Shown one piece after another: positions 9,847 to 18,492 of a stretch of DNA of 64,000 bases. The notes below the pieces were generated by a model. The model did no database searches. It was not told where the DNA came from and saw nothing but the letters and a program-made list of their open reading frames with translations. Each line of letters starts with the position of its first letter. The stretch's first letter is position 1. The translations under genes and the position numbers were made by a program. Source of the stretch: Candidatus Eiseniibacteriota bacterium (GTDB lineage: Bacteria > Orphanbacterota > Orphanbacteria > Orphanbacterales > Orphanbacteraceae). The DNA lies in the NCBI GenBank assembly GCA_043809585.1, contig JBDROZ010000039.1, positions 76,577 through 140,576 on the forward strand, given 5' to 3'.

Positions 9847-11354
9847 CAGACCCCTTCCTTCCGCTTGAAGTAGACCAGGTGCATCGGACCGATCGCCGCC
9901 GACTCCCCCCGGTACTCCCGATCGAAGGTCGCGCTCTCCAGGAGTTCCGCGAGTCCCCGGTTCCAGGGGGTGCGGAAATGGCCCGTGCGGAAGACCGGCT
10001 CGGGGAGGAGGAACGGGTAGTGCAATATGTACGTCGGTTTTCGGGAGAGGACGTGCTCCATGTCGTACTTCTCGTGCCCCGCGAGCCCGCCCCCCATGGC
10101 GGGCATCTTCTTCCGGGCGATGAAGGGTTCCGTGATGCCGAGCATGTCGACGGCGGGCAGCTTCGAGTAATAGGGGATGGCGCCCGCGACGGTCACGGCG
10201 ATCGACGCGCCCGGTTCGGCGTTCATCCGGAGCCACTTTCCGATCACCGTCCAGTGGAGATCGATCCGGTCCCGGTCCTCCTCCAGGAAGCGTACCGTCT
10301 CGCCCCGAAAGCTGGAGTGAAGGGGGAGAGCCAACAGAAGGGCGAAGGCGAAGACCCGAATTCCGCTGACGTTCCCGTCCCGGAAGGAGAAGAGCCGGTC
10401 GAGGCCCGCCACGGCGAGGACGGCGAGAAGGGGGATCGCCGGGACGAGAAACCGGTAGAAGGGGAGCGAGTCCCCGCCCACGACGACCACGTAGGCGAGA
10501 TAGGCGGCGAGAACGAGAAGAAAAGTCCGCTCCCATCGGCGGAGGGGGCCGGCGAAAAGGAGGGGAACCGGCGCGAGCGCCGTCCAACCGCCGAAGGGCC
10601 CGGCGTACTTCGCGAGATAGCGGAGCCCCCGGCCGGCGGCACGGAAGCCGCCGCCGCTCTTGGCGTAAAAGGTGTTCGGAAGCGGGTCTCCGTAGTAGGC
10701 GATCCGCCACGCTTCGTGGGCGCCGACGATCGCGAAAAAGAGGAGCGCCCCCGGCGCGGTCGAACGGACGGGGGTCCGCCGGAGAATCAGGCGGTCGCCG
10801 AGCACCACGGCGAAGAGAAGGGCCCCCTCGGGACGGGTGAGCGTCGCGAGGGCGAAGAGGAGCGACGCCGCCGTGAAACGACCGGGCGATTCGGGGCCGG
10901 TCGCCGCCGCGGTGCCGGAAAAGAGGAGCAGGGCGAAGAGGGACGTCTCGAGCCCCGCGCCGCACCAGACCGCGAAGGCGCCGCTCGCGACGAGCGGGAC
11001 CGGCACGAGGAAGGCGAGGGAGTGGCGGGGGAGACGGCGCCGGGCGAAGAGAAAGGCCCCGGAGCAGAGGAGGATGCCCGCCGCGAGACCCATCCCCTTC
11101 CCGAACATCACCGGCTCCAGCCCCGCCCGGAGTCCGGCCGCGAGGAGGGCGGTCCAGAGAAAGTTGGTGTACCCTTCGACCCGCTCGCCCGGATTGAAGA
11201 CGAGGCCCCGCCCCTCCGCCCAGTTTTCGGCGTACCGGAGGGAGATGAACGCGTCGTCCACGGTGTAGTGGAAGAAACGGACGTGCGCCGCGAGGGCGAT
11301 CGCGAAGACCAGGAGAAGCAGGAATTCGGTCCGACGCTCGGGAATGGCACGCAC
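9846..11354 (-). CDS. GT-C membrane glycosyltransferase (AftB-like DDAFIS family); start approximate
   Basis: YTVDDAFISLRYAENW...FNPGERVEGYTNFLW, TRPEG, YYGDPLPNTFYAK, AGAIPYYS, DMLGI. Confidence 0.8.
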   Translation of the reverse strand: MRAIPERRTEFLLLLVFAIALAAHVRFFHYTVDDAFISLRYAENWAEGRGLVFNPGERVEGYTNFLWTALLAAGLRAGLEPVMFGKGMGLAAGILLCSGAFLFARRRLPRHSLAFLVPVPLVASGAFAVWCGAGLETSLFALLLFSGTAAATGPESPGRFTAASLLFALATLTRPEGALLFAVVLGDRLILRRTPVRSTAPGALLFFAIVGAHEAWRIAYYGDPLPNTFYAKSGGGFRAAGRGLRYLAKYAGPFGGWTALAPVPLLFAGPLRRWERTFLLVLAAYLAYVVVVGGDSLPFYRFLVPAIPLLAVLAVAGLDRLFSFRDGNVSGIRVFAFALLLALPLHSSFRGETVRFLEEDRDRIDLHWTVIGKWLRMNAEPGASIAVTVAGAIPYYSKLPAVDMLGITEPFIARKKMPAMGGGLAGHEKYDMEHVLSRKPTYILHYPFLLPEPVFRTGHFRTPWNRGLAELLESATFDREYRGESAAIGPMHLVYFKRKEGV

Positions 11355-11409
11355 CTCCGGAGGGCGGCGCCGGCCGGGCCCGGCCCTTCCTGGGCGCCGC
11401 GATCGCCGT

Positions 11410-11418
11410 AGAATAGCA
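11410..11418 (-). promoter_or_regulatory. Extended -10 element for the GT-C gene pair
   Basis: TGCTATTCT on the minus strand, about 55 nt upstream of the probable GTG start. Confidence 0.45.
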
Positions 11419-11551
11419 TAGGGCGCCGTACCCCCGCCAGGAGGGGCGGAGGATCCGGGGCGCCGCCGCGGCGGGGAGGCCGTTCGTGACAAGACGAGAG
11501 GGAACCGGCCGACGCAGGGGGGGGGCGACCTCCGGGGCCGGGTCTCCCTTC

Positions 11552-11580
11552 TTGCTTCCCCCCTCTCATGATGCTACAAT
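11552..11580 (+). promoter_or_regulatory. Sigma70-type promoter for the diguanylate cyclase
   Basis: TTGCTT-N17-TACAAT with an extended TG. Confidence 0.65.
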
Positions 11581-11619
11581 AATTGTGGTAAATCTCAGTG
11601 CATCGGGGAGTCCGCAGCC

Positions 11620-12996
11620 ATGAGCCACCGCACCGTCGACTACGAAACCCTCCTTAGGGAGGTGCTTCCGATCCACCTCCTGGAGGGGCCGGTTCGGGAC
11701 TCCGTCGAAGAGAGTATCGATTCGGGCGGGAAGGAGGGGCTCTGGCGCGCCGCATCTCTCGCCCTGGAGAGCCTCGCCGCCCGGGGGTTCTTCGCGGCCG
11801 AGGCCCCCTCCGAAAAGGACGGATCGGTCACCTATCACGACCGGCGGGGGCTTCTCACCGTCACCCTTCATCCGCTGGAGCGGCCGAGGCCGGACTACGA
11901 GTTTCCCTTCCGCCCCCTCCTCTCCGCGGAGTTCGCTTCGCCCGAACAGCGGAAGGCCCTCGAGACGGTGCTGACCGGCGTCGCGACCCGCTCCACCGAG
12001 GACGAGCTCGGCGACTCGCTTCGGAAAATCGTCGAGTATCTCCACGCCTCTCTCGATCCGGCGCGCGTCCGGTTCCTCTCGGCCGGCGAGGAAGAGGCGC
12101 CGGGGGGCATCTTCGAGCCGGGCGGCTCTTCCCTTCTCGCCCGGATCTACCGGGAGCATTTCCAGGCGGGGGGGGGACCGATCTACATCCCCGACCTCCT
12201 CGACGACGACCGTTTCTCGACCCTGGCCGAAACGGGGGAGGTCCGGTCCGCCGCTCTCCTCCCCCTCCGCGCGGCGGAGGAGACCTTCGGACTTCTCGAG
12301 GTCCACCACAGGGCGCCGGACGCCTTCGACGAGAAGAGGCTCGGCGTTCTTTCCCTGCTCGCCCTCCTCGCCGCGGGCCGGATCCGGAACGCCCTCCATC
12401 TCGAGAAGCTGATCTACGTCGACCTTCTCACCGGCGTTTTCTCCCGCCGCTTCTTCGAGGAACAGATCCTCCGGGAGGTGGAGCGGGCGAACCGGGACGG
12501 GAGTCCGCTCGCCATGGTGATGGTCGACCTCGACAACTTCAAAGAGGTGAATGACCGGTTCGGCCACCTCGCCGGCGACGGGGTGCTCTCCCGGGTGGCG
12601 GAGATCCTCCGGGGCCACGTCCGGAAGATCGACCTCGTGACCCGCTACGGCGGCGAAGAGTTCGCGATCCTACTGCCCGGCGCTTCCCGGAGCCAGACCG
12701 AGGTGATCTGCGAACGGCTCCGGGCCCTCGTCGAAGCGCTTCCGGTCCCCGAGGAAGGGGACGCGCGGTTCGCCCTCACGACGTCGATCGGCGTCGCCCT
12801 TTACCCGGAGCATACGCCCGAAAGCCTCGGCCCCCCGGAGGCGCGGAAGGAACTCCTCGCCCGGGCGGACCAGGCACTCTACACGGCGAAGAACTCCGGA
12901 AAGAACCAGGTCGTCTTCTACGGCGAGAACGGACGGAACACCGGACCTCGTCCGACGGTCGATCCCGCTCCGAAACCCCCTTCGTCCGCTTCGTGA
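11620..12996 (+). CDS. GAF-domain diguanylate cyclase
   Basis: GAF-like region followed by DLLTG..SRR, DLDNFKEVNDRFGHLAGD, an RKID I-site and a GGEEF active site. Confidence 0.93.
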   Translation: MSHRTVDYETLLREVLPIHLLEGPVRDSVEESIDSGGKEGLWRAASLALESLAARGFFAAEAPSEKDGSVTYHDRRGLLTVTLHPLERPRPDYEFPFRPLLSAEFASPEQRKALETVLTGVATRSTEDELGDSLRKIVEYLHASLDPARVRFLSAGEEEAPGGIFEPGGSSLLARIYREHFQAGGGPIYIPDLLDDDRFSTLAETGEVRSAALLPLRAAEETFGLLEVHHRAPDAFDEKRLGVLSLLALLAAGRIRNALHLEKLIYVDLLTGVFSRRFFEEQILREVERANRDGSPLAMVMVDLDNFKEVNDRFGHLAGDGVLSRVAEILRGHVRKIDLVTRYGGEEFAILLPGASRSQTEVICERLRALVEALPVPEEGDARFALTTSIGVALYPEHTPESLGPPEARKELLARADQALYTAKNSGKNQVVFYGENGRNTGPRPTVDPAPKPPSSAS

Positions 12997-13034
12997 GATT
13001 CGCGGTCGATCCCGTCATTCGTGGGCGCCGGCGT

Positions 13035-15662
13035 TCAGCGGGGCGGTTCGTTCGCGGAGCGGAGCAGACGCCGCGCTTCGGCGGCGTGGGGAGATTCCGG
13101 ATCGAAGTCGAGGGCGGCCTCGAGGAAGGCCCGGCCCTCTTCGATCCGACCGGACAGGGCGAGGGAAAGACCGAGCCGGTAGCGGACGCCCGCCCCCTCC
13201 ATCCCGAGACGGACCGCCTCTTCGAAGGAGGCCGCCGCCCCCGCGAAATCGCCGGCCCCGTAGAGGACCCATCCCTCCGTGTCGGCGTAGGAGGGGTTCT
13301 CCCCATCGATCCGCCGCGCCTCCCGGATCAACTCGAGCGCCCGCGCCCGGTCGCGGCCCGATTCGGCGAGCATCCAAGCTTCCGCGTTCATCGTCTCCGG
13401 ATCGCCCCCGTCCAGGGAGCGGGCGAGGGCGAAGATCGAATCGGCCGCCCGCTCCTCGCCCCTCCCCGATCGGAGAAGGGCGAGGGACCGGAGGGCTTCC
13501 CTGTCGGTGGGGGGATCGCCGGCGAGCGATTCGTAAACCCGCGCCGCCTCGTCGACGCGGTTCCGGCGGCGGAGCTCGTCGGCGATCATGTATTCTCCGA
13601 GGCTCCCGAGCCCGGGGCGTAGTCGATCGGCATGCCGGAAGCTCTCGCGGGCGCCTTGGAAATCCCCCCGCGCCACCTCGCAGCGGCCGATCCCGAAGGG
13701 AGGCGACGATTCCCACGGCCGGTCGACCCCCGCGTCCCGGAAACGGACCTCGGCCTCCTCCGCCCTTCCTGCGCGGACGAGCATCTCCGCCCACTCCAGG
13801 GAGGCGGCGAAGCGGAGCCGGGGGTCCTCGTTCGCCACGCGCCGGAACCGTTCCTCCGCTTCCTCCGTCCGGCCCTCCGCGGCGGAGAGACGGGCGAGAT
13901 TCAGGGAGGGGAGTCCATCGGACGAAGCCTCCTCGGCACGGAGGTAGGCCTCCCGGGCCCGCTCCCGGTCTCCCGCCTTTTCGTAGGCGAGCCCCACGTT
14001 GTTCAGCACCGGGCCGAGGCCGGTCCCGATCCGCGCCCCTTCTTCGAAGAGGCCGAACGCCCGCTCCCTGTCGCCGAGGAGAAGCGCGCCGCGGCCCTCC
14101 TGGATCGGATAGGTCGCGGCCAGGATTCGGTCGAGATACCCCGAGTCATCGTTCACCCTCCGGGCACGCCCGGTCCTGTACTCGCTCCACAGCTCGAGCC
14201 CCCCGTCCGGAGGGGGCGCGCCGATCGGCGCGTAGCGATAGACGAGCCCCCACGGGACGAGCCGGTATCCGTCCGCCCGGATCTCGTCGCTCTCCACCAC
14301 CGCGTAGACCGGCGTCCCCGATTCGACTCCGTACCGGATCGCCTGCCGCCGCCACCCCGGCGTTTTCCGGACGCCGCGGCCGAGCCGCTCGAGGGCCGGT
14401 CCCTCCCGGGCGACGTCGAGAAGGGGATTCCAGAGGCTGACCCCCGTCCCCCCTTCCCCCGATTCGGCCATGTAGAGGAGACCGAAGGTCTCGGCGTCCC
14501 CCTCGGCCACGACCACCGGGTCCCCTTTCCCATCTCCCACGGAGAGGAGGAGGTTATCCACGTACTCCTCGAGAACGCTCCCCTCCGAGAGGGGTGCGCG
14601 GGGAATCGACCCGCAGGCTTGGACGAGAACGAGGGCCGCGCAGGCGGCGACGGCGGCCGTCCGGTTCCGGCCGATCGCCGCCCGGATCCCGAAGGCGAAG
14701 GGGACGGTGAGGAGCAGATGGACGGGCATGAAGTACGCGTCCGGATCGTTGATCTGGAAGTGCAGCGTATACCCGAGGCTGAGAAGGGCCCCTCCCGCCA
14801 CGAGAAGGAGAAGGTCCCGGCGCTCCCGCCGGAGGAACCAGAGGCCGGCGGGCACGGCGATCCAGGCGGCCCCGGTCAGTTCTCTCCCGAGCCCGCCCAC
14901 CCAAGCGAGGAGCCGGCCGAAACTCCCCCCTTCGCCGAGATATCCCCAGTAGCCGCGCCCCAGGACATGGAAGAGAAAGCGGTCGAGCGTCGACGGGTCC
15001 CCCCAGTTCCACGGGGGGGAGAGGGAGGCGCGGACCGGAAGATAGGCGTAGGCCGTCAGGCCGAATCCGAACAGCAGGACGGCGCCGGCCATGGTGCGGC
15101 GGTCGGGCCGCCCCACGCGGAGACCGTGCATGACGAAGGCGGGGAGAAGGAAGGCGAGGGCGAGGTGGTTCGTGAGGGCGAGACCCCAAAGATAAGCGGA
15201 GAGGAGGACCCTTCTCGGATCCCGCCGCTCGGGAAGAACGAAGAGGAGCAGGGCGAGGAAGAACGCCGTCAGCGAGTAGACTTCCGCCGACGTCGACTCC
15301 CGCCAGAGCGTCAACGAGGTGGCGAGGGCGCCTGCGGCGAGCGCCGAGGAGGCCGGCGAACGGGTGACCCGGAAGAGCCACGCCCCGAGGAGACCGACCG
15401 CGCCCGCCCCCGCCACGGCGGCAAAGAGGTTCATCCGGAAGGCGACGGAACCGAAAGGGAACAGGGTGAAGAGGCGCCCGAGCAGGGTGTACGTCGGGTA
15501 GCCGGACGGATGGGGGATGCCGAGGCGGTAGGCGGCGACGGTCAGCTCCGGACCGTCTCCCGCGACGATGCCCCCCGCCGCCGTCCACCCGTAGAGCATG
15601 AGGGCGGCGAAGAACAGGAGGAGGCCCGCCGCCGCGACCCGCGGCTTACTCGAGGTACCCAA
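13035..15662 (-). CDS. DUF2723 (TMEM260-like) putative protein O-mannosyltransferase with TPRs
   Basis: GDGPELTVAAYRLGIPHPSGYPTYTLLG, STSAEVYSL, YAYLPVRA..PPWNWGDP; C-terminal TPR repeats. Confidence 0.85.
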   Translation of the reverse strand: MGTSSKPRVAAAGLLLFFAALMLYGWTAAGGIVAGDGPELTVAAYRLGIPHPSGYPTYTLLGRLFTLFPFGSVAFRMNLFAAVAGAGAVGLLGAWLFRVTRSPASSALAAGALATSLTLWRESTSAEVYSLTAFFLALLLFVLPERRDPRRVLLSAYLWGLALTNHLALAFLLPAFVMHGLRVGRPDRRTMAGAVLLFGFGLTAYAYLPVRASLSPPWNWGDPSTLDRFLFHVLGRGYWGYLGEGGSFGRLLAWVGGLGRELTGAAWIAVPAGLWFLRRERRDLLLLVAGGALLSLGYTLHFQINDPDAYFMPVHLLLTVPFAFGIRAAIGRNRTAAVAACAALVLVQACGSIPRAPLSEGSVLEEYVDNLLLSVGDGKGDPVVVAEGDAETFGLLYMAESGEGGTGVSLWNPLLDVAREGPALERLGRGVRKTPGWRRQAIRYGVESGTPVYAVVESDEIRADGYRLVPWGLVYRYAPIGAPPPDGGLELWSEYRTGRARRVNDDSGYLDRILAATYPIQEGRGALLLGDRERAFGLFEEGARIGTGLGPVLNNVGLAYEKAGDRERAREAYLRAEEASSDGLPSLNLARLSAAEGRTEEAEERFRRVANEDPRLRFAASLEWAEMLVRAGRAEEAEVRFRDAGVDRPWESSPPFGIGRCEVARGDFQGARESFRHADRLRPGLGSLGEYMIADELRRRNRVDEAARVYESLAGDPPTDREALRSLALLRSGRGEERAADSIFALARSLDGGDPETMNAEAWMLAESGRDRARALELIREARRIDGENPSYADTEGWVLYGAGDFAGAAASFEEAVRLGMEGAGVRYRLGLSLALSGRIEEGRAFLEAALDFDPESPHAAEARRLLRSANEPPR

Positions 15663-16968
15663 GGCTCCTCAGTTGCTCCAACACCGCCTCGTTGAAGGGC
15701 GCCTCCACGGCCCCCCCCCCCGCGGCCTCGCCGGTCTCGTAGGTCGGCACCGAACGGACCGGGTGTTTCTTCATGAACGCCTCGTCGAAGAGCCCCTCCG
15801 GGGCGCGCCCGTCCATGTCCTCTCCCCGCGGAACGCCCGTGACCGCGAGAAGCACGGGCGTCACGTCTTCGGGCCTAAGGTCCGGTCCCCGTCCCCCCTT
15901 CCGGAACGGAGGCCCCGCGGCGACAAAGAGGCCCGTGTCGTCGTGCCAGAAGGGCATCTTCACGTACCGTTCGTCCCCGACATGGAGTTCCGGCTCGTCG
16001 GGAAAAGTACTAAAGCCGTGGTCCGAGACGACGATCACCGCGTCCTTCGAGAGATCGACCCGCTCGAGGACGAGACCGAGCACTTTGTCGGCGTACTTGT
16101 ACGTGTTGGCCACCATGGGCCCCATCTCGCCGAGCCACATGGGGGGGGGCGTTCTCTCGGGCTCTTCCAGTCCTTCGAGGGAGCCGTTGTGGCGGTAGAA
16201 CTCGTTGTACCGGTGGAAGAGCCAGAGTTTGTGGGAGTAGAAGTCGGGGGATTCGAGATAGAGCGTGAAGAACCGCGGGCGGTCCCGGTCGTAGAGGGCG
16301 AGCCCCGCGTTCACCATGTCGAGGTCCTTCCGGAGGTACCACTTCAACTCGTTCGTCATTTGCGTCGAGCCTTCCACGTCCATCCAGCGCACGTACCTCT
16401 TGTTCTTGACCGCCTCGTCCACCTCCCCGAGGATCCCCTCCGGCCAGGTCCGGAAGCCGACCGTGTCCCAGTCGGCCGAGGGGGCCCACTCCTTCTCGAA
16501 TTTCTGGCTCGGCGGCCACGTATAGAAGGAAAGGAGAAAGCCGTTGACCGGCTCCGCGGGCCACGTGAGCCAGTGGCCGACCACGCCGACTCCGAGCCCC
16601 TTGTCCCCGAAGATATCCCAGACCCTCCGGCGCTTCACCAGGTTCGACGTGACCGGCACCCGCCGTCCCTCCTCCCCCGAGGGGAGGGTGAAGCTCTCGA
16701 TACCGTGATGCTCCGAACGAAAACCGGTGAAGATGGAGGTCCAGATGCGGGGGGAGAAGATCGGCTCGTCCACAAGAAGGCCCGAGGCGACCCCCTCGGC
16801 GAGAAGGCGGTCGAAATTCGGCAGTTCCCCCCGCTCCCGGAGCGTGGCGAAGAGTTCCGGATCCAAACCGTCCACGCCGATCACCACGACCCGATCCGCG
16901 AGGAGCCCCCCGCCTCCCCCACAACCGAGCACGAAAACCAACGGCACGATCCAGAGACGTTTCATCAT
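15646..16968 (-). CDS. Alkaline phosphatase superfamily / phosphodiesterase-like lipoprotein
   Basis: Lipobox-like VLGC; VVIGVDGLD, SPRIWTSIFTG, D...H, VVSDHGF; C-terminal LRSLGY. Confidence 0.85.
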   Translation of the reverse strand: MMKRLWIVPLVFVLGCGGGGGLLADRVVVIGVDGLDPELFATLRERGELPNFDRLLAEGVASGLLVDEPIFSPRIWTSIFTGFRSEHHGIESFTLPSGEEGRRVPVTSNLVKRRRVWDIFGDKGLGVGVVGHWLTWPAEPVNGFLLSFYTWPPSQKFEKEWAPSADWDTVGFRTWPEGILGEVDEAVKNKRYVRWMDVEGSTQMTNELKWYLRKDLDMVNAGLALYDRDRPRFFTLYLESPDFYSHKLWLFHRYNEFYRHNGSLEGLEEPERTPPPMWLGEMGPMVANTYKYADKVLGLVLERVDLSKDAVIVVSDHGFSTFPDEPELHVGDERYVKMPFWHDDTGLFVAAGPPFRKGGRGPDLRPEDVTPVLLAVTGVPRGEDMDGRAPEGLFDEAFMKKHPVRSVPTYETGEAAGGGAVEAPFNEAVLEQLRSLGYLE

Positions 16969-18334
16969 CGCGAGTACCCCAACGCTTTCAGTTTTTCCCT
17001 GATCTCTTCGCCCACGGTGAGATCGTTCTCACGAAACCCGGGGTTTTTCTCCCGGATCCAGGCGAGAAGCGCCGCTTCCAGATCCGCGGCGATCTCCGGT
17101 TCCCGGCCCATGACGTTCCGCGTCTCCCCCGGATCCGCGGCGAGATCGAAGAGCTCCATCCCGTCCAGGAAGGGCGTGACCACGAGCTTCCAGCCCTCCC
17201 GCCGGATCGACTTGGCCTTGTACTGGTTTTGATACACTCCGCGAACCTCCACGTTCCACGGTTTGCTCGCCTCGCTGAAGACCACCCGCGGCGCGAGGGG
17301 GCCTTCCGCCGCGGCGAGAAGGCTCTCCCCCTCCCCATCGCGGGAGGGGGGGAGGCCGGCGGCCTCGAGGATCGTGGGCGCCACGTCGAGGAGACGAACC
17401 GAAGCATCCTCGACGACGCCCGCGGGAAGAAATCCCGGACCGTAGAGGATCAGGGGAACGTGGAGGCCGCTCTCCCACAGAAAATCGCCGTGATCGAAGT
17501 AGTAGTCGTGCTCCCCGAAGCCCTCGCCGTGGTCGCCGGCGACCACGAGCAGCAGGCGGCTCAGCCGCCCCTCCGGGACGGCCTCCAGGAGGGCGGCGAG
17601 GCACCGGTCGACGTAGGCGATCTCCCCGTCATAAGCGGCGAGGAACGCCTCCTCGTCCTCCTTCTCGAAAGGCGTCCTCCGGAAGCGGATGCCCATGATG
17701 TCCGAAAGGTCCGCCGGGTCGTACCCGGTCTCCGGCGGCCGTCGGATCCCCCCGTACGGGGAGGGCGGGGCGTAGGGCCAGTGGGGATCGAAGTAGTGGA
17801 CCCAGAGGAAGAAGGGCTCCTCCCCCACTCCGGAGAGCCAGTCGGCGGCGCGCTCGGTCACCCCCCCGCCCCCCGTTCGAGCTCCCCCCCCGCCGGGCTC
17901 GTGTCGGTCTCGTCGTCGTACACTTCGAATCCCCCGTCGAGACCGAACACGTGGGAAAGAGGAAAGGAGGCGACGAAGGCGCCGGTCCGGAATCCGCCGT
18001 CGGCCAGGTCCTCTGTGATCGTCCGGATCTCCCCGGGGACTCCGAAACCGTTCCGCGGAACGCCGTGGGTGTGCGGGTAGAGGGAGGTGAGGATCGTCGT
18101 GTGGGAGGCGAGGGTCGTCGGGACCTGGGTGAAGCAGTCGGTGAAGAGAATCCCGCCCGCCGCCAGCCGGTCGAGCATGGGGGTGCTCGCCGCCGCATTG
18201 CCGTAGCAGCCGATCCGGTCGGCCCGGGTCGTGTCGAGCGTCACCAGAATGATGCCGTCCGCCCTCCGGGGACCCGGCCCCGCGGAGCAGGCGAAAACGA
18301 GCAGCGCGGAAAGGAGCAACACGAAACGCCGCAA
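16965..18334 (-). CDS. Sulfatase-like lipoprotein, split by a frameshift in a G run at ~17851-17864
   Basis: TTG start after GGAGG; lipobox-like VFAC; LVTLDTTRADRIGCYG and PTTLASHTTILT. The second frame continues with FFLWVHYFDPHWPY, AGDHGEG and LKALGY. Confidence 0.85.
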
Positions 18335-18368
18335 CGACTTTCCTCCCGAAAACGAATCACGGCCTCGT

Positions 18369-18377
18369 ATTGTACCA
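18369..18377 (-). promoter_or_regulatory. Extended -10 element for the sulfatase-phosphodiesterase-DUF2723 operon
   Basis: TGGTACAAT on the minus strand, about 35 nt upstream of TTG 18334. Confidence 0.55.
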
Positions 18378-18492
18378 TACCGCTCGGATTCAGGCCCCCT
18401 CATTGACGATCCGTCCCCGCTGTGAGTACATTGATCATGGAAGGCCTCGGTTCCGTCCTATCTAATGTGAAGAGGGAAGCAGGGGGGCCCTG

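Noticed and set aside
9847-10965. N-terminal extension of the 1246-aa ORF, and similar extensions on purL, purB, mrdA, lgt, aroE and purF
   Set aside because: Arg/Pro/Gly-rich off-frame overlaps with upstream genes; the real starts are internal.
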